Shown piece after piece: positions 1 through 9,400 of a stretch of DNA of 64,000 bases; positions within the stretch are counted from its first letter, which is position 1; each line of letters begins with the position of its first letter. The translations under genes were made by a program, and so were the position numbers. Source of the stretch: Vulcanimicrobiota bacterium (GTDB lineage: Bacteria > Vulcanimicrobiota > Vulcanimicrobiia > Vulcanimicrobiales > Vulcanimicrobiaceae); the NCBI GenBank assembly GCA_963820825.1, contig CAWGBN010000007.1:96001-160000 (forward strand), in the 5' to 3' direction. The notes under the pieces were generated by a model. It ran no database searches and was not told the origin of the DNA. It saw nothing but the letters and a program-made list of their open reading frames with translations.

Positions 1-164
1 CAATATTGAACCGGAAATTGGAGGGTGAAAGCATCGAATCATGATTAGCTTACCATTAAGCTCCCGTGAGAGGGGAACTCGTGCTCGGCGCAACGCCGGG
101 GCGCCAAACGGGCAAGAGAATCGCGCCGGCGGCGGAAAACCTCACGTCGGAGGTATCATCCGTA

Positions 165-449
165 ATGAAAGAAGCCCACAAGGGAATGACCCGCCGAACC
201 TTCGTCGCTAACGCCGTCGTGCTTCCGGCCCTCGCCGGGCTGTTGCTCGCCGAGACGAAGATCGCCGAAGCGAAAGGCTCGCAGTCCCAGTTCAAATATC
301 AAGGCACTCCCAAGGACGGGCATAAGTGCTCGCAATGCACCTTCTACATCGCCGGCAGCAGCGCGAAGGCGAACGGCACGTGCAAGATCGTCGACGGCTC
401 CATCAGCCCCAACGGCTGGTGCACGGCCTGGGCGGCTAAATCGAGCTAG
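165..449 (+). CDS. High-potential iron-sulfur protein (HiPIP, short Iro-like type) with Tat signal
   Basis: ATG at 165 after GGAGG (149-153); twin-Arg signal MTRRTFV; four Cys in HiPIP pattern CxxC...C...GWC (KCSQCTFY...GTCKIVDGSISPNGWC). Confidence 0.9.
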   Translation: MKEAHKGMTRRTFVANAVVLPALAGLLLAETKIAEAKGSQSQFKYQGTPKDGHKCSQCTFYIAGSSAKANGTCKIVDGSISPNGWCTAWAAKSS

Positions 450-472
450 ACGTCCGCTAAACCGACCAGCAA

Positions 473-512
473 CGGGAGCGATGCCGAACTCGGCACCGCT
501 CCCGACTCTTTT
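473..512 (+). terminator. Rho-independent terminator between HiPIP and thiolase
   Basis: Stem CGGGAGCG..TGCCGA / TCGGCA..CGCTCCCG followed by ACTCTTTT. Confidence 0.7.
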
Positions 513-543
513 CCGCGGGCTCGCCGCAACGACGAGCGAGGGC

Positions 544-1731
544 TTAGACGACTTCGAACAGACCCGCGGCGCCGATGCCGCCGGCAACGCACATCGTCAC
601 CACGACGTACTTAACACCGCGGCGCTTGCCCTCGATGAGCGCGTGCATCGTCATCCGCGCTCCGCTCATGCCGTAGGGATGTCCGATCGAAATTGCGCCG
701 CCGTCGACGTTGAACCGGTCGTTCGGAATGCCGAGCGTGTCGCGACAGTAAACGGTCTGCACCGCAAAGGCCTCGTTGAGTTCCCAGAGCCCGATCTCGT
801 CGATCGTCAAATCATATTGCTTGAGCAGCTTGGGCACCGCATAGACCGGCGCGATGCCCATCTCGCCGGGCTCGTTGCCGGCGACGGCATACCCGCGATA
901 GATCCCCAGCGGCGTCAGATTCCGTTGCTGCGCCGTCGTCGCGTCGACGATCGCAACGGCCGCGGCGCCGTCGGAGAGCTGCGATGAGTTCCCGGCGGTA
1001 ATCGAGGTATCGGCAACGCCGGGCACCGCGCCCTTGAGCGCCGCCAAGCCCGCGAGCGTCGTGTCGGGACGATTGCCTTCGTCCTTCTTCAGCTCGACCC
1101 GGCGCTCCGTAACGGCGCCCGTCTCTCTACTCTCCTCGGCCTTCCACGATGACAGCGCAACGATCTCGGCGTCGAAGCGTCCCGCCGCTTGCGCGGCCGC
1201 GGTTCGTTGCTGGCTTTGCAGTGCGTACTCATCCTGCCGCTCGCGCGTGACGCGGTATTTCTTCGCGGTGAAATCGGCGGTAAAGAGCATCGGCGTGTAG
1301 AGATCGGGCACGTGACGCAGCAGCCACTCTTCGGTGAGGAAGCGCACGTGCACGTCGTTCTGCACCATGCTGATCGACTCGACACCGCCCGCGACGACGA
1401 CGTTTACGCCGTCGGCGATCACACGCTTTGCCCCCGCGGCGATCGCGTCGAGACCCGACGCGCAGAACCGGCTTACGGTCTGCCCGGGAACGGTGACGGG
1501 ACACCCCGCGCGCAGCGCCGCCGTACGGCCGATATTGTTTCCGGTTGCGCCTTCGGGCAAGCCGCAGCCCATGATGACCTCGTCGACTTCCGCCGGATCG
1601 ATTCCGGCCCGCTCGATCGCGTGCTTGACGGCATGTCCGGCCATGGTCGCGCCCTCGGTCTGATTGAAGGCACCGCGAAAGGCACGTCCGATCGGCGTTC
1701 GCGCCGCCGAAACGATAACTGCTTCACGCAT
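544..1731 (-). CDS. Acetyl-CoA C-acyltransferase (thiolase)
   Basis: [15 protein letters not shown] start; [20 protein letters not shown] and TMCVAGG thiolase motifs; start overlaps the upstream gene's stop. Confidence 0.95.
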   Translation of the reverse strand: MREAVIVSAARTPIGRAFRGAFNQTEGATMAGHAVKHAIERAGIDPAEVDEVIMGCGLPEGATGNNIGRTAALRAGCPVTVPGQTVSRFCASGLDAIAAGAKRVIADGVNVVVAGGVESISMVQNDVHVRFLTEEWLLRHVPDLYTPMLFTADFTAKKYRVTRERQDEYALQSQQRTAAAQAAGRFDAEIVALSSWKAEESRETGAVTERRVELKKDEGNRPDTTLAGLAALKGAVPGVADTSITAGNSSQLSDGAAAVAIVDATTAQQRNLTPLGIYRGYAVAGNEPGEMGIAPVYAVPKLLKQYDLTIDEIGLWELNEAFAVQTVYCRDTLGIPNDRFNVDGGAISIGHPYGMSGARMTMHALIEGKRRGVKYVVVTMCVAGGIGAAGLFEVV

Positions 1732-3733
1732 GCGCGGCATACCACATCGGGCCGCCGAGATGCGGCGGGAAACCGTAGCCGTACACGTAGACGATGTCGA
1801 TGTCGCTGGGACGCAGCGCGATGCCCTCTTCGAGCAGCTTTTTACCCCGATGGACGAGCGCGCCGAGCAGACGGTCGCGAATCTCCTCGTCGCCGACCTC
1901 GCGCGGTGCGATGCCCGCCGCACGCGCCTCCTCGGCGAAGATCCGGTCGACTTCGTGATCGGGAATCGGCTCGCGGCCTTTGCCGACGGCCTTGTCGTAT
2001 TTGAAGAATCCGGCCATCGTCTTCTGTCCCAACCGGTTCATCTGCACGAGGCGTTCGAGCACGTTGGTGCGTCCGAGCGCCTCGGCGCCGCGCGCCTTCT
2101 GCACCGCCAAACCGATGTCGAGTCCGGAGAGATCGCTCATCGCAAACGGGCCCATCGGAAAGCCGAAGGCCTTCATCACCGCGTCGATGCGCGCCGGTAC
2201 GACGCCCTCTTCGGACAGCGCCGTCGCTTCGCGCAGGTAATCGAAGATCATGCGGTTTCCGATAAAGCCGAAGGCGTTGCCGGAGAGCACGGCTTTCTTG
2301 CGCAGCCGCTTTCCGAGTTGAAAGGCGATCGCCAGCGTCTGCGGCGAGGTCTTTTCACCGCGGACGATCTCGAGCAGCGGCATGATGTTCGCCGGGACGA
2401 AGAAATGGAGCCCGAGAACGCGGTCCGGGCGCTTCGTTTCGTTGGCGAGCGCGTCGATGTCGAGCGTCGACGTATTGCTGGCGAGGATGGCCTCCGGCTT
2501 GGCGATCGCGTCGAGCTTGCGGAAGACCTCGCGCTTGACGTCGAGATTCTCGAAGACCGCTTCGACGACAACGTCGGCGTCGGCAAGCTCGTTCCAATCG
2601 TCGGTGAAACGAATCGACTGACCGCGCTTCCAGGCCTCTTCCTGCGTCAGACGCCCCTTCTGCACTTGATACATGAACATGCCCATCACGGTCTGGCGCG
2701 CTTTGTCGACGGCCGCTTCGTTCGTGTCCACGACGACGACCGGAATGCCGGCCTGCGCAAAGGCGATCGCAATGCCGCTCCCCATCGTCCCGGCCCCAAC
2801 GACGCCAACCTTGTTGACCTCGCTTCTTACGTGGCGATCGCGCTCCGTGCCGTGCTGAGCTTGTCGGAGGATGTCGACGCCATCAATCTTTGCCAGCTCC
2901 CGTTCCGCAAAGAAGATGTGACGCAGCGCTTGCGACGGCTCCGAGCGAACGAGCTCGTCGAAGAGCCGCGTCTCGCGGGCGATGCCGAAATTGAACGGCA
3001 GTTCGACGGCGGCTTGCACTGCATCGATGAGCTTGTGCGCGGCGAATCCGCCGTTCTCTTCGGGCGGAACCATCTTGTGCGCTTGCGCGACGACGTACGG
3101 TCCGGCTTGCGCCGGAAGGTCTTTGGCGATGGTCGCGTCGCGCTGCGAGATCCGCCGTTTCGGGCCCTTGGCGAGCGCTTTCGCACGGTCGAGGAGCGCG
3201 TCGGCCGCAATCTCGTCGAGGATTCCGAGCTCGAGCGCGCGCTGCGCGGAGATCGACGATCCTTTGAGCATAAACTCGAGCGCCGCACGCGCGCCGACCA
3301 GGCGCGGCAGCCGCTGCGTTCCGCCGGCGCCCGGCAAGAGTCCCAGCTTGATCTCGGGCAAGCCGAGCTTCGAAGACGCCGTCGCCACCCGGTAATCGCA
3401 CGCCAGCGAAAGCTCGAGAGCGCCGCCGAGGCAGGTTCCGTCGATTGCGGCAACGTGCACCTTGACGCTTTCGTCGATGAGCGCGATCAGATCGCGGATC
3501 GTCACCGCCTCCGCGGGCAGCTCGCGATTGAAATCGTTGACGTCCGCGCCCGCGCTGAAGAGCCCGTTCGCACCGGTGATGACGATCGCTTCGACCGCAT
3601 CGTCGGCGTGCGCCGCCTCGAGTGCCGCTTTGAGCATCTCGCAATACGCAAACGAGAGAGCGTTGACCGGCGGGTTGTCGAGCGTGATAACGCGCAGGCG
3701 CGCGTCGGCCACGACGAGCTCGGAAGGCAGCAT
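1724..3733 (-). CDS. Multifunctional enoyl-CoA hydratase / 3-hydroxyacyl-CoA dehydrogenase (FadB/FadJ-like)
   Basis: N-terminal crotonase ([36 protein letters not shown]); C-terminal HAD ([24 protein letters not shown]). Start trimmed to ATG 3733. Confidence 0.95.
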   Translation of the reverse strand: MLPSELVVADARLRVITLDNPPVNALSFAYCEMLKAALEAAHADDAVEAIVITGANGLFSAGADVNDFNRELPAEAVTIRDLIALIDESVKVHVAAIDGTCLGGALELSLACDYRVATASSKLGLPEIKLGLLPGAGGTQRLPRLVGARAALEFMLKGSSISAQRALELGILDEIAADALLDRAKALAKGPKRRISQRDATIAKDLPAQAGPYVVAQAHKMVPPEENGGFAAHKLIDAVQAAVELPFNFGIARETRLFDELVRSEPSQALRHIFFAERELAKIDGVDILRQAQHGTERDRHVRSEVNKVGVVGAGTMGSGIAIAFAQAGIPVVVVDTNEAAVDKARQTVMGMFMYQVQKGRLTQEEAWKRGQSIRFTDDWNELADADVVVEAVFENLDVKREVFRKLDAIAKPEAILASNTSTLDIDALANETKRPDRVLGLHFFVPANIMPLLEIVRGEKTSPQTLAIAFQLGKRLRKKAVLSGNAFGFIGNRMIFDYLREATALSEEGVVPARIDAVMKAFGFPMGPFAMSDLSGLDIGLAVQKARGAEALGRTNVLERLVQMNRLGQKTMAGFFKYDKAVGKGREPIPDHEVDRIFAEEARAAGIAPREVGDEEIRDRLLGALVHRGKKLLEEGIALRPSDIDIVYVYGYGFPPHLGGPMWYAAHA
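2848..2875. repeat. REP-like palindrome remnant in-frame within the FadB linker (encodes DILRQAQH)
   Basis: Plus strand GTGCTGAGCTTGTCGGAGGA resembles the widespread ...CTGAGCTTGTCGAAGGA / TCCTTCGAC...CTCAGGATGAC repeat family also seen at 49595-49686. Confidence 0.5.
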
Positions 3734-3735
3734 CG

Positions 3736-5559
3736 CTACGCGGTTACCGCCATCTTCCGATCCAGATCGAACTGCGCCTCGGTCAGCGTCATGACGTCGC
3801 CCGATCCGTCGACGATCTGGCGCTGGAACCAGGCCGCTTGCGAGAGAACGTGCGAAGCGTAGAATGCCGCGGTCGCGAGCTTGGCGCGGTAGAACTCGCT
3901 CTCGGCGTCGTTGTCCGCGATCTTCGCCGCGGCAATCTGTGCGGCGCGCGCCATCTGCCAGCCGCCGGCGACGGTGCCCCAGAGCCGCAGATACGGCACC
4001 GAACAAGCGAAGGCTTTGTGCAGGTCGCCCATCGCGTTCATCCCGATCCACTGCGAGGTTTCGTTGAGCGTGACGAGCGCCTTCCCGAGCGCTTCGCCGA
4101 TCCGCTTCACCGCCGGGTCGGAATGCGCGGCGCACTCCTTGGCAACGGCCTCCATCTTCTTTCCGACGCTCGTCGCGGTCGCGCCCATGTCGCGCAAGAG
4201 TTTGCGGCCGATCAGATCGAGCGACTGAATCCCGGTCGTACCTTCGTAGATCGTGATGATGCGCACGTCGCGATACTGCTGCGCGATGCCGGTCTCTTCG
4301 ATGTACCCCATCCCGCCGAAGACTTGCAGCGCGGTCGAGCAGAGCTCGACGGCGCTCTCCGTGCACCATCCCTTGACGACCGGAATCATCAGCTCGACGA
4401 AGGACTTATGCTCCTTGCGAACTCTTTCGTCGGGATGGCGCAGCGCGTAGTCGAGCGAGGCCGCCGTAACGTAGGCGAGAGCGCGCATCGCCTCGATCGT
4501 CGCCTTCTGCAGCATGAGCATGCGCCGCACGTCGGGATGCTTGACGATCGGCTCGGGGGTGCGCGAGCCGGGCTTGAGGTCGCGGCCCTGCACGCGCTCC
4601 CTCGCATACTCGAGCGCACTCTGATAGGCGCGATCGGCAAGCGCGATGCCCTGCACGCCGACTGAGAAGCGCGCCGCGTTCATCATGATGAACATGTATT
4701 CCAGCCCGCGGTTCGGCTCGCCGACGAGATAGCCGACGGCGCCCTGGCCCTTCTCCCCGTAGTTCAGCGTGCAGGTCGGATTCGCGTTGATTCCGAGCTT
4801 GTGCTCGATGCTCGCGCAGACGACGTCGTTGCGCTCGCCGAGCGTCCCGTCGCCATTGACGATGAACTTCGGCACGATGAAGAGGGAGATGCCCTTCGTT
4901 CCCTCCGGAGCATCGGGCAGACGCGCGAGCACCAGATGGATGATGTTCTCGGCCATGTCGTGCTCGCCGAAGGTAATGAAGATCTTCGTCCCGGTGATGC
5001 GATGGTGGTCGCCCTCAGGCACCGCGCGCGTTCGTACCTGGGCAAGGTCGGAGCCAGCCTGCGGTTCGGTTAGGCACATCGTCCCCGTCCACTTTCCGGA
5101 GACGAGGTTGGGGATGAACCGTTGCTTCTGCTCCTCCGAGCCGACCAGCTCGATTGCTTCGATCGCGCCCTGATTGAGCAGCGGGCCGTTGGCAAAGCCG
5201 ATGTTCGCCGCGTTCCACATCTCCAGCGTTGGGCCGAGCAGAACCTGCGGAAGCGCCTGGCCGCCGTACTCGGCCGGGACCGGTAATCCGATCCAGCCGG
5301 CATCGGCGAATTTCTTGTAGGCTTCTTTGAAACCGGGCGGCGTCGTCACCTCACCGTCCTTCCAAGTGCAGCCCGCCTTGTCGCCCGTCCGGTTCAGCGG
5401 GTCGAGGACCCCGGCCGCGAAGCCGGCCGCCTCCTCGAGCACTGAGTCGAGCACGTCGAGGGTCTCCTCGCAGCCCGGAAGGGCCGCGACCCCGTCGATG
5501 CCCGCGAGCTCGCGCAAGGCAAACTGCATCTCCCGCAAGGGGGCTCGATAGACGCTCAT
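3736..5559 (-). CDS. Acyl-CoA dehydrogenase (~600 aa, DmdC/FadE-like)
   Basis: GTMCLTEPQAGSDL, GTKIFITFGEHD, IEHKLG, QVFGGMGY and IYEGTTGIQ motifs; GGAG RBS. Confidence 0.95.
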   Translation of the reverse strand: MSVYRAPLREMQFALRELAGIDGVAALPGCEETLDVLDSVLEEAAGFAAGVLDPLNRTGDKAGCTWKDGEVTTPPGFKEAYKKFADAGWIGLPVPAEYGGQALPQVLLGPTLEMWNAANIGFANGPLLNQGAIEAIELVGSEEQKQRFIPNLVSGKWTGTMCLTEPQAGSDLAQVRTRAVPEGDHHRITGTKIFITFGEHDMAENIIHLVLARLPDAPEGTKGISLFIVPKFIVNGDGTLGERNDVVCASIEHKLGINANPTCTLNYGEKGQGAVGYLVGEPNRGLEYMFIMMNAARFSVGVQGIALADRAYQSALEYARERVQGRDLKPGSRTPEPIVKHPDVRRMLMLQKATIEAMRALAYVTAASLDYALRHPDERVRKEHKSFVELMIPVVKGWCTESAVELCSTALQVFGGMGYIEETGIAQQYRDVRIITIYEGTTGIQSLDLIGRKLLRDMGATATSVGKKMEAVAKECAAHSDPAVKRIGEALGKALVTLNETSQWIGMNAMGDLHKAFACSVPYLRLWGTVAGGWQMARAAQIAAAKIADNDAESEFYRAKLATAAFYASHVLSQAAWFQRQIVDGSGDVMTLTEAQFDLDRKMAVTA

Positions 5560-5795
5560 TTATGGCTCTCCTCTACCTTTTATCGTACCGCCGGGCCGGT
5601 CGCCGCGCGGCCAGTGATAAATCATACATTATTAAAAATAATAGCTCAAGCGAGCGAGCCTGCTCGTCGATTGCCGCCATTTGGGGGAATTAGAATCCGC
5701 AGAAAACTCATCGCCTGCTTGCGCACTCCGACGCCGCAACGGCGTATTGTAATCGTAGCACAATCGCATACTTCGCAAGGAGAAAACACGAACCG

Positions 5796-6140
5796 ATGTT
5801 CCTGCTGTCAGTACTTCTATCCGCAGCAACCTTTATGCCCGCCGCGGCGCCGCACGGTTTCGCGACCGCTCGAACCGGCACGATCTACGCCAACCCGATT
5901 TCGCCGGACAGCTCCTGTAAGCCCGGCAAGATCTGCGCTTCGTCGACGATCGCGCTCGGTAAGGGCTGCTTCTTCAACAACTATTACAAGAAGGGCACGA
6001 TCGGCGGTACTCCGCTCGCCGTCAACGTTTCCGAGACCGGATCGAGCAACGTCTTCGTCTATTGGGTGAATGATACCGACCTGACGATCGGCATCACCAA
6101 GAAGGCGAGCGCCAATTACTATTGCGCGCCGTCATCGTAA
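5796..6140 (+). CDS. Small secreted hypothetical protein with 4 Cys
   Basis: AAGGAG upstream; hydrophobic signal peptide; followed by a terminator. Confidence 0.7.
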   Translation: MFLLSVLLSAATFMPAAAPHGFATARTGTIYANPISPDSSCKPGKICASSTIALGKGCFFNNYYKKGTIGGTPLAVNVSETGSSNVFVYWVNDTDLTIGITKKASANYYCAPSS

Positions 6141-6166
6141 CGGCATACGCTCAGCCGCTACAGGGC

Positions 6167-6200
6167 AAGGCGGGCTCGAGACCGAGTCCGCCTTTCTTTT
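6167..6200 (+). terminator. Rho-independent terminator
   Basis: AAGGCGGGCTCG-AGAC-CGAGTCCGCCTT followed by TCTTTT. Confidence 0.85.
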
Positions 6201-6226
6201 GATCGCAATGTGGTAAGGTAAGAGCG

Positions 6227-6454
6227 ATGAGCGCGCAGCCCTTGGACGTCCGCATGGCGAGCCTGGAAGGCTCGTACCGACAGGTCAGCGATCGTCTCAA
6301 CGGCATCGACCATCGCCTCGACGGGTTCGAGCAAAGAGTCGAGGCACGCTTTCAGACGACCGATGCAAAGATCGACGGCCTTCAGTGGCGGATGACGGCC
6401 CTGATCCTTGGGTCGTGGTTCACGCTCATGACCGCGACTCTTCTTCATCACTGA
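6227..6454 (+). CDS. Small coiled-coil protein with C-terminal TM helix (DUF1640/XhlA-like)
   Basis: Heptad-like IDHRLDGFEQRVEARF..IDGL then hydrophobic tail; TGnTAAGGT extended -10 lies 7 nt upstream of the ATG. Confidence 0.75.
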   Translation: MSAQPLDVRMASLEGSYRQVSDRLNGIDHRLDGFEQRVEARFQTTDAKIDGLQWRMTALILGSWFTLMTATLLHH

Positions 6455-6464
6455 AGCGCGACAC

Positions 6465-9400
6465 TTACTCCGTTACGTTGAGCGTGCTCCCTGCGCTGCG
6501 GCCGAACTGCTCGGGCGCATCTTGGAGATAGGCGTGCGCGCCGGGCCAGGCAAACGTGCCCGGCGTCACCGAGCGCACGAGATAGTGCAGCTCGTAGACG
6601 CCCGGGTCGAGATGCTGCGCGTAGGCGACGACGCGATCGCGATAGATTTGGCTGGTATCGATCTGCCAGCTATTGCTCTGCGGCACGATCGCCTGCAGGG
6701 AGGTGCGGAAGGTCGTATCCACGGCCTCAAAACCGGCCGGAAGCGGATCGTCGATGACGAGCCGGTCGACGGGATGGTCGACGATCGTGCGCACGCCGAT
6801 ATCGAAGACCCGTCCGGCCGCGACCGAGACCGGAAGTGCCGTGGCGAGATCCATCGTCGACAGCGGCGTCGTATTCGCCGACGTCGCGGCGCTCGGATCG
6901 CTCAGCACCCGCACGACTCGGAATGCCGCAAGCTCGCCCGGAGCGTTCGCCGCTACCGGATAAGTATAGAGAACGAGGTAGTGCGCCGCGCCGCCCTGCG
7001 AACGAATGGCAATCGCGCTGCCGCGCAGTTCCGCAGCCGGCACGCTGAACGTCTGCGACGAAGCGGTCGAGCCGAAGCGTGCGGTGCCGAGCGTGCGACT
7101 TCCCACGCTTGCGGTCGCGGTCGCCGGCGCGAGCCGTTCGGTTGCCGCGTAGGCTGCCAGCGCCGTCACTGCCGACGCGGTATCGTCGGTCGTCGGCCAG
7201 CCGCACCGGCACTGCTGTGCGACGAGCGCGCGAACGGCGCCGTCGAGCTGCTCCACCGGCGCGTGCTGCTCGAGCAGCAGCTGCAGCATCTGCGACTGCG
7301 CGTCGACCAGCGATCCGAGCCAGCTCCACCGCGTCGAGATACTTGCCGTCGCGTATCGTCCGGTCACGTAGAGGCTCTGCCGCAGACGCTGCGCCATCGC
7401 CGCGCCGCGCGACTGCCACCCGGGAACGCGCAAGAGATAGCGGGCTAATCGAATCTGCGTTGCGCTGTCGAAGTCGTTCGATTGCGCGACGATCTCCGCG
7501 AGAAAGTCGCTGCGCGGCGGTCCGGTACTGGCGAGCGCCCACAGCGCTTCGAAACGAAGCTGGGCTTTGCAGAGCGGATCGCGCGCGCACCACTTGAAGA
7601 CGTTCGGATCGGCCAGCGCCCGCGCCATGAACGCAGCCGCACTCGCGACCGGAGCCGATGGAACGGTCGCACCCTGCGCGCGTGCAAACGTGAGTGCCTC
7701 GAGAGCACCCGCCGTAGCGAAGGGATCGCTCTCCTTCGCGTTGACGTATGCGCCGAAGCCGCCGTCGCCGCGCTCATAGGAGAGCAACTGCGTCAGGTTC
7801 GTTGAGATTTCGGCATCGGGATCGAAGGCGAGCTTGAGACGATAGGGTTCCCGCAAGCGGCGCAGTGCGCTCGCAATCGCAAGGCGCGATGCCGATTCGT
7901 CGGCAAGCGGCAAGGAGTCGACGGTCATAACCCGCTCCGACGGCGTCACGAACTGCGGAACGATCGAGTTGGCGAGCGTCACCTGCAGCGTACCGCCGGA
8001 GGTTAGTGCGATCGGAATCGAGACGCCGCCGCGCGTCGCGCCGCTCTCGATCACCGAATCGGCGCTCTCACGCTCACGCGCGGTAAACGGAACGGAGAAT
8101 GCGTCGCCGTGCGTGCTCAGCATTGCGCGCGCATCGAGGGTGCTCGGCGCCGGGGTTCCGACCGTGACCGGGAAGCGGAACGCCTGCACGCCGGTCGCCG
8201 CGCGTTCCGCCGGTTGCTGCGTTCGCGGATCGCCCGCTGCGAAGCTCAGCGCGCCGGTGAGTTTGAGGACGAGATCGAGGGGGCCGGCCGCGCCGGTCTG
8301 ATTCGCAATCGAGATGCCGAGATCGAAATGGTCGCCCGGGCGAGCAAACTGCGGCAGGAGCGGATTGGCGATCAGCGGCTGCGTCGAGACGAAGGTTGCG
8401 TCGGCGCTGCCGAAGTGCGCGCGGTCTTGCTGCAAGGCGACGGCCATCACTCGCCACGTGGTCAGGTCGTCGGGCATCGTGAGTCCGGCGCTCGCGTGAC
8501 CGGCCGCATCGGTCTGCAGCACGCCGTAGTAGGCCAACGGCCTGAAGTTCGTGCGAACGCGCGTGCTCGCGGCTCCTGCGAGGTAACCGCCGCCGTATCC
8601 GTAGCCTTTTTCGAGCGGCGGGGTCTGAGTCTTGAGCGTGACGTTCTCGCGGTTGTCGGCAAAGATCGCGGCGATCGGCTGCTGCGCGAAGACCGTCTGC
8701 ACGAGATCGGGCAGCCGGTATCCGGAGAGCTGCAAGATCGCATCGTTGACGACCATCGCGACGATCTCGCCATGCACCGGCGCGCCGCTGCGGCCGGTGA
8801 GTGTGAATCGCACCTGCTGCGCGGCGCCGGGATGCACGGTCGCGTCGCGCGGTGCGATCGCGAGCTTGAGATAGCGGTCGCCGAGATCCACGTTGAAGGC
8901 GGTCATACCGGTCAGCGCGAGGCGCGCATCTGCGCTCGACGACGCACGGGCGGCGTGCGGATCGCGATTGACGACCACCGCTTCCACGGCGGCGTTGGGC
9001 AGCATCGCCGGCGTGACTTTAAAGTCGACGTGAATCGCGCCGCTGACGCCGCGCAGCGTCGTCCGGTAGAGCGCATCGTTGCGGACCACGGCGAAGTAAA
9101 CGTCGGCCTTGGCGTAGGGCGAGGCGACGAGTGCGGTCGCGGTCTCGCCGATCGCATACTGTTTCTTGTCGAGCTTCACGGCGACGGCGTTCGGATCGCT
9201 CAATCCCCAATCGGCCTCGCCCGGCCCGAAGGCAAAGACTTGAATGCTCGTCGCGCTTGCCGCGTCGCGGGCACCGCCGAAGTTTGCAAAGACGCGATAG
9301 ACGCCCGTCTCGCTCGGCGTCAGCTGCGCGGTCACCGGATCGTCGCCCGACGTGACGTCGGCCGATCCGACCGTGTCGTATTTGATCGATTGCTGCGCGT

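Noticed and set aside
1664..3862. 732-aa plus-strand ORF, and similar long ORFs such as 24944-26542, 54522-56387 and 8109-9458
   Set aside because: Antisense shadows of well-supported genes; expected in high-GC DNA; no recognisable motifs.
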